From assembly GCA_045613865.1 (NCBI GenBank), contig JAZLBT010000013.1, positions 26,846 through 90,845 of the forward strand: a stretch of DNA of 64,000 nt, in the 5' to 3' direction. Every line of letters starts with the position of its first letter. Position 1 is the first letter of the stretch. The position numbers were made by a program, and so were the translations under genes. Positions 8,794-19,957 of the stretch are shown piece after piece. The notes below the pieces were generated by a model, which made no database searches, was not told the DNA's origin, and saw nothing but the letters and a program-made list of their open reading frames with translations. This DNA is from Candidatus Spyradenecus sp. GTDB lineage: Bacteria; Verrucomicrobiota; Kiritimatiellia; RFP12; DVOR01.

Positions 8794-10034
8794 TGTTGGT
8801 CAACGAGGGTGAAACCAAGATCTTCAATATCTTTCGCAAGCGTTTCAGGGAGTAATCCTTGAACCGAAAAGGCATTAGGCGCGACTTGTTCCACTGACGT
8901 TACTGTAGGATAACTCTCAAGGAGACGTTTTGCAGCACCCCGACAGTGATCACACATCATACCTTTAATTGTAAGAATTTGACCGCTAGATGTTGTCATA
9001 GAGGAAGGACCTTTCATGAAACGTTTCATTAAATGATAACAAATGAGCATAACAAGTAAAATAGCAGATATGATAGAAATAAATGATGTCTCTACACACT
9101 TTGTACAAGCAGGTGTCGTCGCATGATATTGCGGAAGTATCTGCCATAGACTTTGTATAAAGTTTAATAGAAATGCTGCAATTACAGCAATACTACTAAG
9201 AACTGTAAGATGAATAAATAAACAAGTTTTACCAAGAAGACGCAGTAGCGTGGTGAGGCTTGCTCCATTAAGCGCAGGACCAACAATCAAGAAGATTAAT
9301 GCAGCTCCTGGCGAAAGGCCTTTGGCCATTAAGCTTAATGCAACTGGAATCGACGCCGTACTGCAAACGTACATTGGAATTCCTACAACAAGCATCAAAG
9401 GAAACGCAATCCAGTCATTCCCAAGTGTATTGGCCGTAAAGAGTGTTTCCGGTACAAAGACTGTAATACACGCGGAAAGCACAATACCTATGATTAAAGG
9501 CAATGTAACATTTCCAAGAAGCATTCCAAAACCATAAACGACTACTGCTTGAAGTTTAGAATAGATACCTCTTTGCGCCATACTTAGCGATTTAGCTGTG
9601 ACGGCCATAGGCAAAGGCTCTTGATCATAAAGATCTACTAAATGACCTCCTATAAGCCCTGTAAGAATTGCAACCAAAGGACGTGTTAGTGCATAGGCCC
9701 AACCAAGTAGAGAGCCAGTTGCGAAGAAGGAATCAAGCCCTGTTTGTGGCGTTGAAATAAGAAAAGCTGCAGTTGCACCTTTACTCGCCCCACTCTTTCG
9801 CAGGCCTACCGCTGCTGGAAGTACACCACATGAGCAAAGCGGAAGTGGCACACCAATAAGTACCGCTAGCCAAATAGCCTTACAACCCGCCTTTCTACCT
9901 AAAAAAGATTGAACGCGTTCTGGAGAAAAGCTAAGACTCAACACTCCTGCGGCAAGGAAACCAAAGAGAAGCCATGGTGCCATTGCGACAAGTGTACTCC
10001 AAATACCAACAAGAAGTGCAACTAAAATATCCAT
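8790..10034 (-). CDS. Predicted permease (DUF318/ArsP-like, CSC motif) fused to a C-terminal heavy-metal-associated (HMA) domain.
   Basis: Polytopic membrane protein with an LPLCSCGVLP motif. C-terminal ~70 aa carry GMMCDHC (HMA GMxCxxC). Translationally coupled to thiN. Confidence 0.55.
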   Translation of the reverse strand: MDILVALLVGIWSTLVAMAPWLLFGFLAAGVLSLSFSPERVQSFLGRKAGCKAIWLAVLIGVPLPLCSCGVLPAAVGLRKSGASKGATAAFLISTPQTGLDSFFATGSLLGWAYALTRPLVAILTGLIGGHLVDLYDQEPLPMAVTAKSLSMAQRGIYSKLQAVVVYGFGMLLGNVTLPLIIGIVLSACITVFVPETLFTANTLGNDWIAFPLMLVVGIPMYVCSTASIPVALSLMAKGLSPGAALIFLIVGPALNGASLTTLLRLLGKTCLFIHLTVLSSIAVIAAFLLNFIQSLWQILPQYHATTPACTKCVETSFISIISAILLVMLICYHLMKRFMKGPSSMTTSSGQILTIKGMMCDHCRGAAKRLLESYPTVTSVEQVAPNAFSVQGLLPETLAKDIEDLGFTLVDQQ

Positions 10035-10051
10035 GATTTATGTTCGTAAAA

Positions 10052-10750
10052 TTACTTTTTAGCTTTGCGCGCATCAACAAATGCCTCAAGTGCCGCACGT
10101 TGACGTTCCTCCGAAAGCATTTGTGTAAGACGTTCTTTAACCTCTTCAAAAAGTTGACGCTCTTCAGGAAGATGAGAGACTACACGAATAAGATGCCAAC
10201 CGAATTCAGTTTCGATAACATCAGAGATAGCACCTTCTTCAAGAGAGAACGCAACATTTTCAAAAGCCTCAACCATTACACCACGAGGGAAAAATCCAAG
10301 GTCACTTTGTTGCGGACAATGGGAGACCTCCGCGACAGCCGCCTCCCAAGTTTTCTTACCACCTAAAATTTCTGAGCGAAGATTTAAAAGTTGAGTATAG
10401 GCTACAGAAGCATTCGGGCTTTGATGACGATGGAGAACGATATGTTGGGCATGAACGCGTTCTGGTGCAATACATTGCTCGGGATGCGCTTTGTAATACG
10501 CTCGAACCTCATCAACAGTTACAACAGGCACTTCGTCAACAATGGATTGAAGCAAGCCATTTACATCCTTGCCTACACGTTTGGCTTCAGTCTCAAGGAT
10601 AATTTGCTCAACAATATTTTCCTCTGCCCATGCAAGAAGTTGTGCCTCATCGGGTTCGCCTCCTTGCGCCTTAATAAAAACTTCATAACGGGGACGTAAG
10701 CGATCCGCTTCTGTCTTAATCGCTTCTGGTGTAGGCATTGGATAGTTCAT
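10052..10750 (-). CDS. Parvulin-type peptidyl-prolyl cis-trans isomerase (PpiC/PrsA-like).
   Basis: C-terminal parvulin domain with FGWHLIRV and conserved His/Ser context. Overlaps the upstream gene by 4 nt. Confidence 0.65.
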   Translation of the reverse strand: MNYPMPTPEAIKTEADRLRPRYEVFIKAQGGEPDEAQLLAWAEENIVEQIILETEAKRVGKDVNGLLQSIVDEVPVVTVDEVRAYYKAHPEQCIAPERVHAQHIVLHRHQSPNASVAYTQLLNLRSEILGGKKTWEAAVAEVSHCPQQSDLGFFPRGVMVEAFENVAFSLEEGAISDVIETEFGWHLIRVVSHLPEERQLFEEVKERLTQMLSEERQRAALEAFVDARKAKK

Positions 10751-11532
10751 TCAACCACCTCTATTGATTCATTATTCGCGGAAGGTTCGGAAGTCCTTTC
10801 ATCGAATACACCTGCTGCTTGAAGTTCCTGATCTTCTTCAGGGGTGAGTTCAATAGGTTTCGTAGGAGCAAGACCTTGCTTAATACGTTCAATTTGAACA
10901 CGACGTTCAGCTTTAGCACGTTCGGCCTCTGCTGTTTTGACGGCCGCTTCTGCCTTTCGTGTAGCGGCTTCCTTCTCTGCAGTTCGTTGAAGCAAACGAT
11001 CACGAAAAGAACCTTTTGCCGGTGGAATAGAACGCGCTATTTTGGCACTACGTTGTGGCTTAATCTCAACTTGCTCAATAGAAGGAGTTTTTGACTCCAC
11101 AAGTGTCTCCTCTTCAATCTCTGGAGGCTGATCAATTAAACCTCGCCCAAGCCCAAGTGTAAAGACAAGTCCGTCCTTCTCAAGTGTAGCATACTCTCGA
11201 TCGTAATCAGCTGCTACAAGGGTAAACCCATTATTTGACTCACCAATCGCCAGACTATAAAATTGAACATTTTTATTCGTTTCATCAACAAAAGCAATTT
11301 TACGCGAGCCATCAGGTAGATCTGTAATCATACACATACGAAACTTGCTCGCAATCTCCTCTTTTTGTTTCTGTTCTTCTAACAACTGCTGAGGAGAGGC
11401 TTTGTTGAGTGTACCCATTTCACCAAAGGGTTTCACATCAATAATTGGCTGATACACAGGCTTATCGCCCAATGCCGCAAGGGCAACGGTGTTTAAGCCA
11501 ACCATAAAAAGCATCATGAAGCACTTTTTCAT
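10747..11532 (-). CDS. Secreted charged/coiled-coil hypothetical protein.
   Basis: Signal peptide [21 protein letters not shown]-terminal half is Lys/Glu/Ala-rich and low complexity. Confidence 0.45.
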   Translation of the reverse strand: MKKCFMMLFMVGLNTVALAALGDKPVYQPIIDVKPFGEMGTLNKASPQQLLEEQKQKEEIASKFRMCMITDLPDGSRKIAFVDETNKNVQFYSLAIGESNNGFTLVAADYDREYATLEKDGLVFTLGLGRGLIDQPPEIEEETLVESKTPSIEQVEIKPQRSAKIARSIPPAKGSFRDRLLQRTAEKEAATRKAEAAVKTAEAERAKAERRVQIERIKQGLAPTKPIELTPEEDQELQAAGVFDERTSEPSANNESIEVVE

Positions 11533-11535
11533 ATT

Positions 11536-13050
11536 TTAAATCTTCACTAGACCAGAAGTTGTAAGAAATACGAAGAGAATCCCAATAGGAGCAATCCAAC
11601 GGACAAGAAAACTCCACGTCGTTAAAAGCCAATTATAATCAGACGGGCGATCATCACAAGCAAGAAGCATCGGAGCAAGCTTCTTTGGATTCCATGCCCA
11701 ACCAACGAGCAAGACCGTTAAGAAGGCAACAAAGGGTAGACACCAATTTGAAGCAAAATTATCAACCGTATCAAACCATGTGCCCTGTGTAAGATCTCCC
11801 ATAAACCAACGCGTCCCCGCCTCAACACAAGGAATATTACTCCAATCTGCTGTTGAAGCAACCGTTAAAAGACCTAAGAGTGTACAGCCAATAAAGCCAA
11901 AAAGAACCGCCTTAGAGCGTGGCGTGCGACGACGACTAAAACGAACGCGTTCAATCACAACGGTTGCGCCACATTCAAGAAGTGAAGCCGAACTCGTTAC
12001 TGCAGCAAACAGAAGCATGATAAAGAAACATGTTGCCCAAATAGGTCCTAAGAACATTGCGTCAAAGACATTCGGCAAAACACCAAAGATCAACCCAGGA
12101 CCCGCTGCAACTTCCGCACCTGTTGCAAAAACTGCAGGGAAGATAGCAAGCCCCGCAAGAAGCGCTGCAAGGGTATCCAAAATTCCCACACAACCTGCGG
12201 CCTTAAGAACATTTTGCTCACGCTTCATATAAGAGCCATAAGTCACCGCAATTGCCATTCCAAGCGAAAGCGAGAAGAAGGCTTGTCCAAGTGCCATTAA
12301 GAAGACCTTCGGTGTAAATGCCGCCATGGTCGGCTTGAAAAGAAATTTCACGCCCTCCATCGCTCCAGGAAGGGTTAAACTACGACCAATCACCACGAGC
12401 AAAAGAATAAAGAGAGATGGCATAAGAATCTTATTGGCAAGTTCAATACCCTTTTGAATGCCACCCCAGACAACAACGCCCGTTAAACCCATGAAAAGAA
12501 GAAAACATGGCAAAACGCGCCATGGCGTTGCGATATACTCCCCAAAGGATGTACCCGTTGTAAGTGTATTAGATAATGATCGCCAAATATATTCAATAAT
12601 CCATGCGCCCACTACTGCATAGTAAGAAAGAATTACAAGCGCAACAATCGTGCAAATCCAACCAGCAATCGCAAAACCTTTTTTGGCAAAAGCCCAAATT
12701 CCTAAAAGGCAAAGGATTGTTAAACCAAACGCATTGACAGAAAAAAATGTCCCCGCAAGCGCAGCAATTAATCCACAGAGAATAAAACGCACCTTGGGAC
12801 GACGTGAAAGCTGTTCAAGTTTACCCATCGCGTTAATGACGTTACGGCGCATCGAACGACCGATAAGCATTTCCGAACACATTACTGGCAAACCAATAAA
12901 AAAGACGCAAAAAAGGTAAACCATCACAAATGAACCCCCGCCATTTTGTCCAACCATGTACGGGAACTTCCAAATATTACCCAAACCAATTGCTGACCCT
13001 GCTGCCGCTAAAATAAACCCAAGGGATGATCCCCATTTTTCACGTGCCAT
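11536..13050 (-). CDS. Neurotransmitter:sodium symporter (NSS/SNF) family transporter.
   Basis: Canonical NSS N-terminus (WGSSLGFILAAAGSAIGLGNIWKFPYMVGQNGGGSF). About 12 transmembrane segments. Confidence 0.85.
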   Translation of the reverse strand: MAREKWGSSLGFILAAAGSAIGLGNIWKFPYMVGQNGGGSFVMVYLFCVFFIGLPVMCSEMLIGRSMRRNVINAMGKLEQLSRRPKVRFILCGLIAALAGTFFSVNAFGLTILCLLGIWAFAKKGFAIAGWICTIVALVILSYYAVVGAWIIEYIWRSLSNTLTTGTSFGEYIATPWRVLPCFLLFMGLTGVVVWGGIQKGIELANKILMPSLFILLLVVIGRSLTLPGAMEGVKFLFKPTMAAFTPKVFLMALGQAFFSLSLGMAIAVTYGSYMKREQNVLKAAGCVGILDTLAALLAGLAIFPAVFATGAEVAAGPGLIFGVLPNVFDAMFLGPIWATCFFIMLLFAAVTSSASLLECGATVVIERVRFSRRRTPRSKAVLFGFIGCTLLGLLTVASTADWSNIPCVEAGTRWFMGDLTQGTWFDTVDNFASNWCLPFVAFLTVLLVGWAWNPKKLAPMLLACDDRPSDYNWLLTTWSFLVRWIAPIGILFVFLTTSGLVKI

Positions 13051-13175
13051 TGTTTTTCCTCGTGCGTTAATGATGACGCTAATACTACAGCTATCATATC
13101 TCTACATATGAAATAAGTATAGCATATTTTATTTCCTTAACCAAACAAAAAGTGAATATTAAATTGATTCGCTGT

Positions 13176-13216
13176 ATAAAAAAGAACGTACCATAGAAAT
13201 CCCTATGGTACGTTCA
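13176..13216 (-). terminator. Rho-independent terminator after the GH2-like gene.
   Basis: 13-bp perfect stem (GAACGTACCATAG…CTATGGTACGTTC). It is followed on the minus strand by a T-run. Confidence 0.7.
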
Positions 13217-13234
13217 AATATTACACTCTCTTAA

Positions 13235-16200
13235 TTAGTTTGGCATAATGATAATGCGATCAATCATAACATTTGCGCCAGTCGCCTTACGAATCATAAG
13301 ACGAAGTTTCCCATCAAGAAAATCCTCCATATCTACTGGTAGCGTTAACCAATAGATTCCTTGTTCATTTGCTTCGTGTAACGGAATATCAAAGGGGCGG
13401 TTATGTTCAAACTGTCCTGTCGCAGTACGATGTCCTTTGTCCGGATCACGGAAACGTATAAGTAATTTCCCACGAACGTTTGTAATGTCTGAAAGTGTGA
13501 GATATAACTCATCCCCTACCCAATATTGACCAAGGTTATCACTCCACGTACGAACATTCTTACCCGTAAGTGCATAACTGCCAGTAAGAAGCTCTGCGCG
13601 ATCTCGTTTCTTGTTATAAGTCACATCTTGAAATTTTTCATTAAGAGCAGCTGCACACTCAATATAGACAACGGCAGAAGCAAATTCCTCTGGGCGCGGA
13701 GCAAATTCTACCTTTGGCGGTTGAAGAAGATCCTTAAACCATTCCTCTGTGACCTCTTCACTAGGTGCAAAATCTGATGATGCAACATATGCAAGCAAAG
13801 AACGTTTGAGCTGACGTGCTTCGGGGCGATTCATTTCTAAATCAAAGCCCGAAACCAACACACGTCCAGCTCCCACCTTAACCTCAAAGAGCATTGCTGC
13901 TAATTGTGGTTTATGAAAATCCACCACGGGTAAAGCAAGAGGAGTAAAAGATTCACTCACATTGTCCAACTTAAAAGTCTTACCACGATTCACAAGATAA
14001 TACCACTGCCAATCTTGCCAATCTTCAGTAGGAAAGGCTTGAAATGCAGCGCTTTTCTCTTGAATTAACATACCCAACGTTGTCGCGCGCTGTCCAGGGA
14101 ACCATGTTGTACTCCAATAGACAGGTTTGAACGATGAATGAATAAGCTTCTTTGGATTACCCGCATCCGATGCATTAAAGAGTACCGGCTGCCCAACACG
14201 TACGGCCTCAAGTGCGGTCTCCACATCTGTTGCATAAACCACACCATCTGGAATTGGCGTCTCCACTCCATCAGGATAAACCCAAATATTCCAACGATTC
14301 TTACCAAAAGTTAAAACCTGCTTTGAGGGAACAGGAAGCTTATTCAAAGGGAATGTCAGCGTTTCAACCTTGACAAGAGACCCCGTAGCACCCTCGGCCG
14401 TCACAACACCAGATTGTCCTGCAAAGGACCACGGAATTTCACCCTTGTACATTGGACCATAGTTATAGAGATAAAGGTCTACAGTGAAGACTTCATTGGA
14501 AGACCAAATATCCTTATTGAAACGTGCAAGACAGACCATATCATTGAAGAAATCCTTTGCATGGACCATCTCTTCAATCCCAGGTTTCACATCGTAGAAA
14601 CTATCCAACCACCCAATTAAAGCCTCACCCTGACCAGAATAATCTTGAATTCCTAAAAGCGAAATGCCTGCACAAGATGGGGTGCGAAGGAAGCTCTCAA
14701 TTTCTGCTTTATATACAAGTCGATTTGTTTTAAGAGAAACACGCGCAAAGTCTGGAACAAAACGCAAGACTCCGGCCTTCTCACTTGCCTCTCGCAACTT
14801 CTCCAAGTTCCATGGGCGTAAAATCCCTGTATACTTTGGAATCTCAACATCAAAATTAGGATAAACAGGCCATTGACCAATCTCATGTGCAATAGTCGGC
14901 AATTGCGTCCGAGAAAAAGCACCTTCATAATCCCAATTCGTTCCAGGTTGAAGCACTTCGCGAATCATACCAATCCCTGGATAAGCATGCGTAACAAGAA
15001 AGTCATCTGCAGCCGTAATTTGACGTGCCGTGGACGCAGCATAGAGTCGACGATTATCGTAGTCTTTGCATGCCTGCATCCACTCTCCCATAAACTTAAA
15101 ATTAGAGCTGCCAAGCTCATTACCTATCGAGAGCGAAAGGAAAGAAGGGGCATTACCATACGCATCAAGAATACGACGTAATTCAAGTTGAACAAAGATG
15201 TCAACCGATGCAGGGCCCATACCAAGCCCTTGCAAATAAGGAAAATCCTTTGTCATCCATCCATCAATCCAAATACCGGCTTCAGGAGAAAGCATCATTC
15301 CCACTTCATCGGCAGCATCAAAAGCAGCTTGTGGTGGACACCACGTATGGAATCGCAACTGATTTGCCCCCTCATCCTTTTGAGCTTGAATGATTTTCTT
15401 CCATCCCTCTTTATCCATTACAGGATAACCTGTAAGTGGAAAGTGACAGTTTTCAAGATTTCCGCGAACAAAGAAGGGCTCTCCATTGAGGTAAAACTTA
15501 TTCCCCTTTGCCTCTAAGGTACGAAACCCGAAACGGAACTCCTTTTCATAACCTTGAGCCTCAAGTTTCAACCTATAAAGATTAGGATTTGACGGGGACC
15601 ACGGAGAAACCGATGAGACAACCTTAACCACACACTTCACTGTTTCGCCCGAAGATTGTGACCAACCCACTTGTTCAAGAACAAGCCCATCAAGACCTGT
15701 TACAACAAGGTCTTTTTGAAGAGTCTTCTTCACTTCAACAAAGAAACACTGATCTTGCAATGGCCATGGAGTAAAGAGGCGCGCCGAACGTAAAGGATTC
15801 TGAGGACGAATTTCAAGCTTCCCAAGAAGACCATTCCAACGCGTTTGCATCGCATCTCCATAACTATGTGCTTTTTCGCCAATAGGATGGATTAAACGAT
15901 TATCAACCGTGATTGAAAGTGTATGCTCTCCCACTGTTAAAGGAGGTAATGGATAAACATGTGGCGTTGCCAAAGAATCACATGTGTCAACAAGATTACC
16001 ATCAACAAGAACCGTTGTCTTCCAAAGCGCGCGCTCAAGAAAAAGCTCTAATGGTTGACTTGCCATTTCTTCATCAATCGTAAACGTACGCGTATAGGTT
16101 GCCTTACCCACAAATTGGTGTTTTGGTGTAAGCGCACCATAAACAGCCTCCTGTGCAGCAAGTCCAAGTTGTGCATCTCCCAACGTCGCGGGAAGTTGAA

Positions 16201-16315
16201 TCGCCATAGAAGAGGCGTCATCAAGTTTCACCTGCCATTCTCCCGCGATTGAGAATGCCCAAAGGGATTTTACCAGTGTTGCCATGAATAAAAATAGAGA
16301 TGTTCTCATTATCAT
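13235..16315 (-). CDS. Secreted glycoside hydrolase family 2-like enzyme (beta-galactosidase/beta-mannosidase superfamily).
   Basis: Signal peptide. GH2 sugar-binding N-domain pattern. FRTLEAKGNKFYLNGEPFFVRGNLE, then SIGNELG (acid/base-like) and TIAHEIGQW (nucleophile-like). Family assignment is by motif only. Confidence 0.55.
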   Translation of the reverse strand: MIMRTSLFLFMATLVKSLWAFSIAGEWQVKLDDASSMAIQLPATLGDAQLGLAAQEAVYGALTPKHQFVGKATYTRTFTIDEEMASQPLELFLERALWKTTVLVDGNLVDTCDSLATPHVYPLPPLTVGEHTLSITVDNRLIHPIGEKAHSYGDAMQTRWNGLLGKLEIRPQNPLRSARLFTPWPLQDQCFFVEVKKTLQKDLVVTGLDGLVLEQVGWSQSSGETVKCVVKVVSSVSPWSPSNPNLYRLKLEAQGYEKEFRFGFRTLEAKGNKFYLNGEPFFVRGNLENCHFPLTGYPVMDKEGWKKIIQAQKDEGANQLRFHTWCPPQAAFDAADEVGMMLSPEAGIWIDGWMTKDFPYLQGLGMGPASVDIFVQLELRRILDAYGNAPSFLSLSIGNELGSSNFKFMGEWMQACKDYDNRRLYAASTARQITAADDFLVTHAYPGIGMIREVLQPGTNWDYEGAFSRTQLPTIAHEIGQWPVYPNFDVEIPKYTGILRPWNLEKLREASEKAGVLRFVPDFARVSLKTNRLVYKAEIESFLRTPSCAGISLLGIQDYSGQGEALIGWLDSFYDVKPGIEEMVHAKDFFNDMVCLARFNKDIWSSNEVFTVDLYLYNYGPMYKGEIPWSFAGQSGVVTAEGATGSLVKVETLTFPLNKLPVPSKQVLTFGKNRWNIWVYPDGVETPIPDGVVYATDVETALEAVRVGQPVLFNASDAGNPKKLIHSSFKPVYWSTTWFPGQRATTLGMLIQEKSAAFQAFPTEDWQDWQWYYLVNRGKTFKLDNVSESFTPLALPVVDFHKPQLAAMLFEVKVGAGRVLVSGFDLEMNRPEARQLKRSLLAYVASSDFAPSEEVTEEWFKDLLQPPKVEFAPRPEEFASAVVYIECAAALNEKFQDVTYNKKRDRAELLTGSYALTGKNVRTWSDNLGQYWVGDELYLTLSDITNVRGKLLIRFRDPDKGHRTATGQFEHNRPFDIPLHEANEQGIYWLTLPVDMEDFLDGKLRLMIRKATGANVMIDRIIIMPN

Positions 16316-16331
16316 TTCTCTCTTTCGTGGT

Positions 16332-16362
16332 TAAAAAAGGGTAGCGAGTTTCCCCCTACCCT
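16332..16362 (-). terminator. Rho-independent terminator after the 16390..17925 gene.
   Basis: On the minus strand, hairpin GGGTAGGGGG…CTACCC is followed by TTTTTT. Confidence 0.6.
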
Positions 16363-16389
16363 CCGACATGCAATCTTTGTTAATAGAAC

Positions 16390-17925
16390 TTATTCAACAG
16401 CTCGCAACTCGACTTTAACAAAAGGCATTTCCTCATCATTGTCATTCGTACGAGGCAATGTTACAATAACACTCCCACCCTCATAACCTATTGAAGCATT
16501 AGGAATCTGATCTAGTGCAACATAGTCAGCCGTAGCGAGGGTGGCGATTGTTGTTGCACGCGAAATATAAAGTCGACCTGCACGTTTGGTCGCATTTGAC
16601 AAATTAGAGGATGCAGGACCTTCAATCGTTAAGACCATCTTATGTGCTTTTGGAGCAATTGCCTTAACATAAAGCTTTTGTTGCTCACCAAGCGTAGGAT
16701 CCATATCTAACAAAAAGGCGTTAAAAGTTTTTTCGGTAAGCTCTAAACCATTGGACAGTGCCATTGACCGTAATGTTGTCTTAGCGCTAAGATTTTCCGT
16801 TAAATCAACATTATAACGCGATACCCAATCAGCAAAGAGCGTGTAATTCGGAGAGCTTAAATCCAAGAATGATTCAAAACCACCAACATTCAAACTTGTA
16901 AGCGAAAGAGATTGCAACGTTACAATTTTTTCTCGCTCTTTAATTTGTGCACTATAAAGACCGCCAGCATCAGCAGAGAAACCAATTGCATTCCAAGAAG
17001 TAAATGCAGTCGTATCAGCTTCAAATTCGGTTGCATCAATAGCATAGAGCCACTTTCGTGCCGCTTTAGATATTTCCTCGTTATCAATGGATTTAAAATC
17101 CATACGATAACCACCACTTGTACTATCCATTTCCCATGTATAGCCGAGTCCTTCTGTTAGACACAACCAATCATCGGATTCAGGATTAGAATATTTTCGC
17201 ACATAAATAGCATAGGCTGTCGTACCTTCTGGGACAATATCCTCATGGCCACTTGCTCGATAGGTGTAAGATTCTATCTTAACATCAACACGACCACTCC
17301 CTACATCCCTATAGGAAATAGGAGATTTAATCCACACATATTCATTTGGATCATCAATTGTTGCTGCAGCTTTTACTCGAGCCACATAGAAATAGTCATC
17401 TTCTCCAACATAAACACCAAGCTTTGCTGCAAGCGGAGTTTTCATTTGAATACGGTCATCCGCGGTTCTATAGAGCTTACGTATTACATCGATCTGTTGT
17501 CTCGAGGTTGGCGTAAAACGCATTGAGAGAAGGATTTCTCGCGGAAAAACATAGTTTGATTCTTTTGGTGCAAGCGAATAAGGCGTATAAGTGCCATTTT
17601 CCGTCTTGCCGATTTTAAAGCACATAAAGGTTGTCTCTGAAAGTGTATTTCCTTCAAAGCCAAGATAAGAGGAGCCATTATCATCGCCCTTCACACTAAA
17701 GGAGCTCTCTTCTTCTCCCTGCTGCGGATTTAAAATAAACCAAGAATCAGGTAACTCTACGGGATTCCCAACCGTTAAACCCGTAAAATCATAAGCATTA
17801 CTTGTGCTCAAAGGAGCATTCAATTCTTGAGCCTTACACAGTTGTGTTGCGAAAAACGTCAACACTAGGCACCCTAATTGTATGCCTAGCATCCAGATTC
17901 GCTGAAGGGGGGTAAATACTTTCAT
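16390..17925 (-). CDS. Secreted hypothetical protein.
   Basis: Signal peptide with hydrophobic core. No identifiable motifs. Confidence 0.45.
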   Translation of the reverse strand: MKVFTPLQRIWMLGIQLGCLVLTFFATQLCKAQELNAPLSTSNAYDFTGLTVGNPVELPDSWFILNPQQGEEESSFSVKGDDNGSSYLGFEGNTLSETTFMCFKIGKTENGTYTPYSLAPKESNYVFPREILLSMRFTPTSRQQIDVIRKLYRTADDRIQMKTPLAAKLGVYVGEDDYFYVARVKAAATIDDPNEYVWIKSPISYRDVGSGRVDVKIESYTYRASGHEDIVPEGTTAYAIYVRKYSNPESDDWLCLTEGLGYTWEMDSTSGGYRMDFKSIDNEEISKAARKWLYAIDATEFEADTTAFTSWNAIGFSADAGGLYSAQIKEREKIVTLQSLSLTSLNVGGFESFLDLSSPNYTLFADWVSRYNVDLTENLSAKTTLRSMALSNGLELTEKTFNAFLLDMDPTLGEQQKLYVKAIAPKAHKMVLTIEGPASSNLSNATKRAGRLYISRATTIATLATADYVALDQIPNASIGYEGGSVIVTLPRTNDNDEEMPFVKVELRAVE

Positions 17926-18006
17926 AAAGCTATCCTCTCACTCCCTATAGCATATCTTATTTTCTTCTCTTACGCAAGCAAAAAGATATACTTTGGATGT
18001 GTTTAA

Positions 18007-19191
18007 CTAACGTTGTGCAAGAATAATCGTATATCCACGGCGAGAGAAGGTATTCAATAGAGTGAATCCCGCCTCTTCAAGGAGTGTCGTTGGTTTCCCT
18101 TCGCGTTTAGATACAAACGCGATAAGACCACCTTTTTTCAATAAACGTGCAGCCGTTTTAACAAAAAATTCAGCAATTCTCCAATCCCCAAAGTAAGGCG
18201 GATTTGCAAGGAAGAGATCATAAGAGCGCTCACACCCCTCGCCATCCGCAGAGAAAAATACACGACTTTTATGTGGATATTTTGCGAGATTTTCTTGGGT
18301 TGAAAGAATCGCTGCGATGTTCGAATCTTGATAATCGACCTGCAACTTCTTATCTGCGAAGGCCGTTGCGAGAAGAATCCCATCCATACCACATCCACAT
18401 CCCATATCCATGATGCGATCATTCTTTTCAAAGGAGACGTGTTCTGCAACGACTTCAGTTAAAGCAAGTCCTCCCATGTCTGCACGACGATGGCAGAAAC
18501 AACCTGGATAGGTAATGAGCGAAATAGGATTGTATCCCTTTAAAGAAACCTCAAATGTAGCACGACGCGATGCTCGATCATGTGCTTCAAGGGGGGATGT
18601 AACAGTACCAATTAACAAGGTTACCGTTCCCTCTCGACGAATCATAACACGTGAGCAATGCTTCTTAAAACGCTTAAGAAAAGTTTCATTGACGTCATCT
18701 GATGCGATAAGAAGTTGGCGATGTCCAACAGTTGAAGGACACAACAAACGCTCTAACGTATCAAGGTCGCGTTCAGCTGTGCCATCCCCCTTGGTCATTT
18801 GCCAAAAGACAAGATTACTTTCCTCAGCAAGAGCTTCAACACCCATTCGCGTCTCTACTTTAAAGAGATCATTGAGAGCATGATTATCCGAAAGGTTCCG
18901 CTCAAGAACTTTCTTTGTATGTGCATCAAAGGTATGCACATGAAAACATCCCTTTACATCTTTACCGCGTGTTAACCAAAGAGCCATTGCTAACGCACCT
19001 GTGCGCCCACCAAAAAAAAGTGGCGAAGCAAAAGATGTTGTGACATTCGTTTGAACTGTAGGCAACAACTGAATAAGAGCAAGTTCAGTTGGATTTAAAC
19101 CACTGCGCGAAACAACTCGAAGTGTCTTCCCAAGAAGGAGCTCTTTACGTGCGTGCGGATGATGAGTAAGTGAAATTGTTAACATAAGCAA
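18007..19191 (-). CDS. rRNA (guanine-N2)-methyltransferase, RsmC/RlmG family.
   Basis: Two-domain architecture. SAM motif VDMGCGCGMDG. NPPY-type catalytic motif LANPPYFGD. Confidence 0.65.
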   Translation of the reverse strand: MLMLTISLTHHPHARKELLLGKTLRVVSRSGLNPTELALIQLLPTVQTNVTTSFASPLFFGGRTGALAMALWLTRGKDVKGCFHVHTFDAHTKKVLERNLSDNHALNDLFKVETRMGVEALAEESNLVFWQMTKGDGTAERDLDTLERLLCPSTVGHRQLLIASDDVNETFLKRFKKHCSRVMIRREGTVTLLIGTVTSPLEAHDRASRRATFEVSLKGYNPISLITYPGCFCHRRADMGGLALTEVVAEHVSFEKNDRIMDMGCGCGMDGILLATAFADKKLQVDYQDSNIAAILSTQENLAKYPHKSRVFFSADGEGCERSYDLFLANPPYFGDWRIAEFFVKTAARLLKKGGLIAFVSKREGKPTTLLEEAGFTLLNTFSRRGYTIILAQR

Positions 19192-19194
19192 CCA

Positions 19195-19953
19195 TTAATG
19201 TAGAGGAGAGAAAAAGAGATTGGCGAGTTGCACAAACGTATCGGTCAAGTCATCAAGGCGAAGGATTGCTTTACGATCAAGCGCCGTTGGTGTGTCATTA
19301 ACGATGACCACGCGTGCACCACATCGATAAGCTTCTTCTGGTAATGCAGCAGCTGGATAAACAGTAAGCGAACTTCCAAGCACAAGACATAAATCTGCGC
19401 GCTGACAAGCCTCCACGGCTTGAGAAAAAACATCTTCGGGTAGGTTTTCCCCATAGAAAACAATATCAGGTTTTAAAATTCCACCGCATGAACATGTGGG
19501 AACCTCATCTGCACGTACTCGCGGAGCAACCTCATCGTATGTGTAAACTTTTCGACATTGCATGCAGTGATGAAGCGAGGGTGAACCATGAACCTCTAAG
19601 ACTTTTTTAGATCCCGCGAGAGTGTGAAGTCGATCAATATTTTGCGTAATTACCGACTTAACAAGACCGGCCTCTTCTAAACGTGCAAGTACCTTATGAA
19701 CAGTGCATGGTTGAAAGGCATCTAACCCATAAACAAAATCTTTTGACCATGCATAAAAGATAGAAGGATCATTACGAAAAAGGTCAATACCAAAGAGTTC
19801 CTCTACGTGAAATCCTCGAAAGGTATCATTATAAATACCATCCTTTCCACGAAAATCACGAATACCACTAGCAGTAGAAACTCCCGCTCCCGTAAAAACA
19901 ACCGTATTGGTTGACGAGAGAATCATATCGTGTAATTCACCCACAAGATTCAT
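19195..19953 (-). CDS. cobB: NAD-dependent protein deacylase (sirtuin, CobB-like).
   Basis: GAGVSTASGIRDFRG, QNIDRLH, Zn-ribbon CxxC…CxxC, and a catalytic His context. Confidence 0.85.
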   Translation of the reverse strand: MNLVGELHDMILSSTNTVVFTGAGVSTASGIRDFRGKDGIYNDTFRGFHVEELFGIDLFRNDPSIFYAWSKDFVYGLDAFQPCTVHKVLARLEEAGLVKSVITQNIDRLHTLAGSKKVLEVHGSPSLHHCMQCRKVYTYDEVAPRVRADEVPTCSCGGILKPDIVFYGENLPEDVFSQAVEACQRADLCLVLGSSLTVYPAAALPEEAYRCGARVVIVNDTPTALDRKAILRLDDLTDTFVQLANLFFSPLH

Positions 19954-19957
19954 GTTA

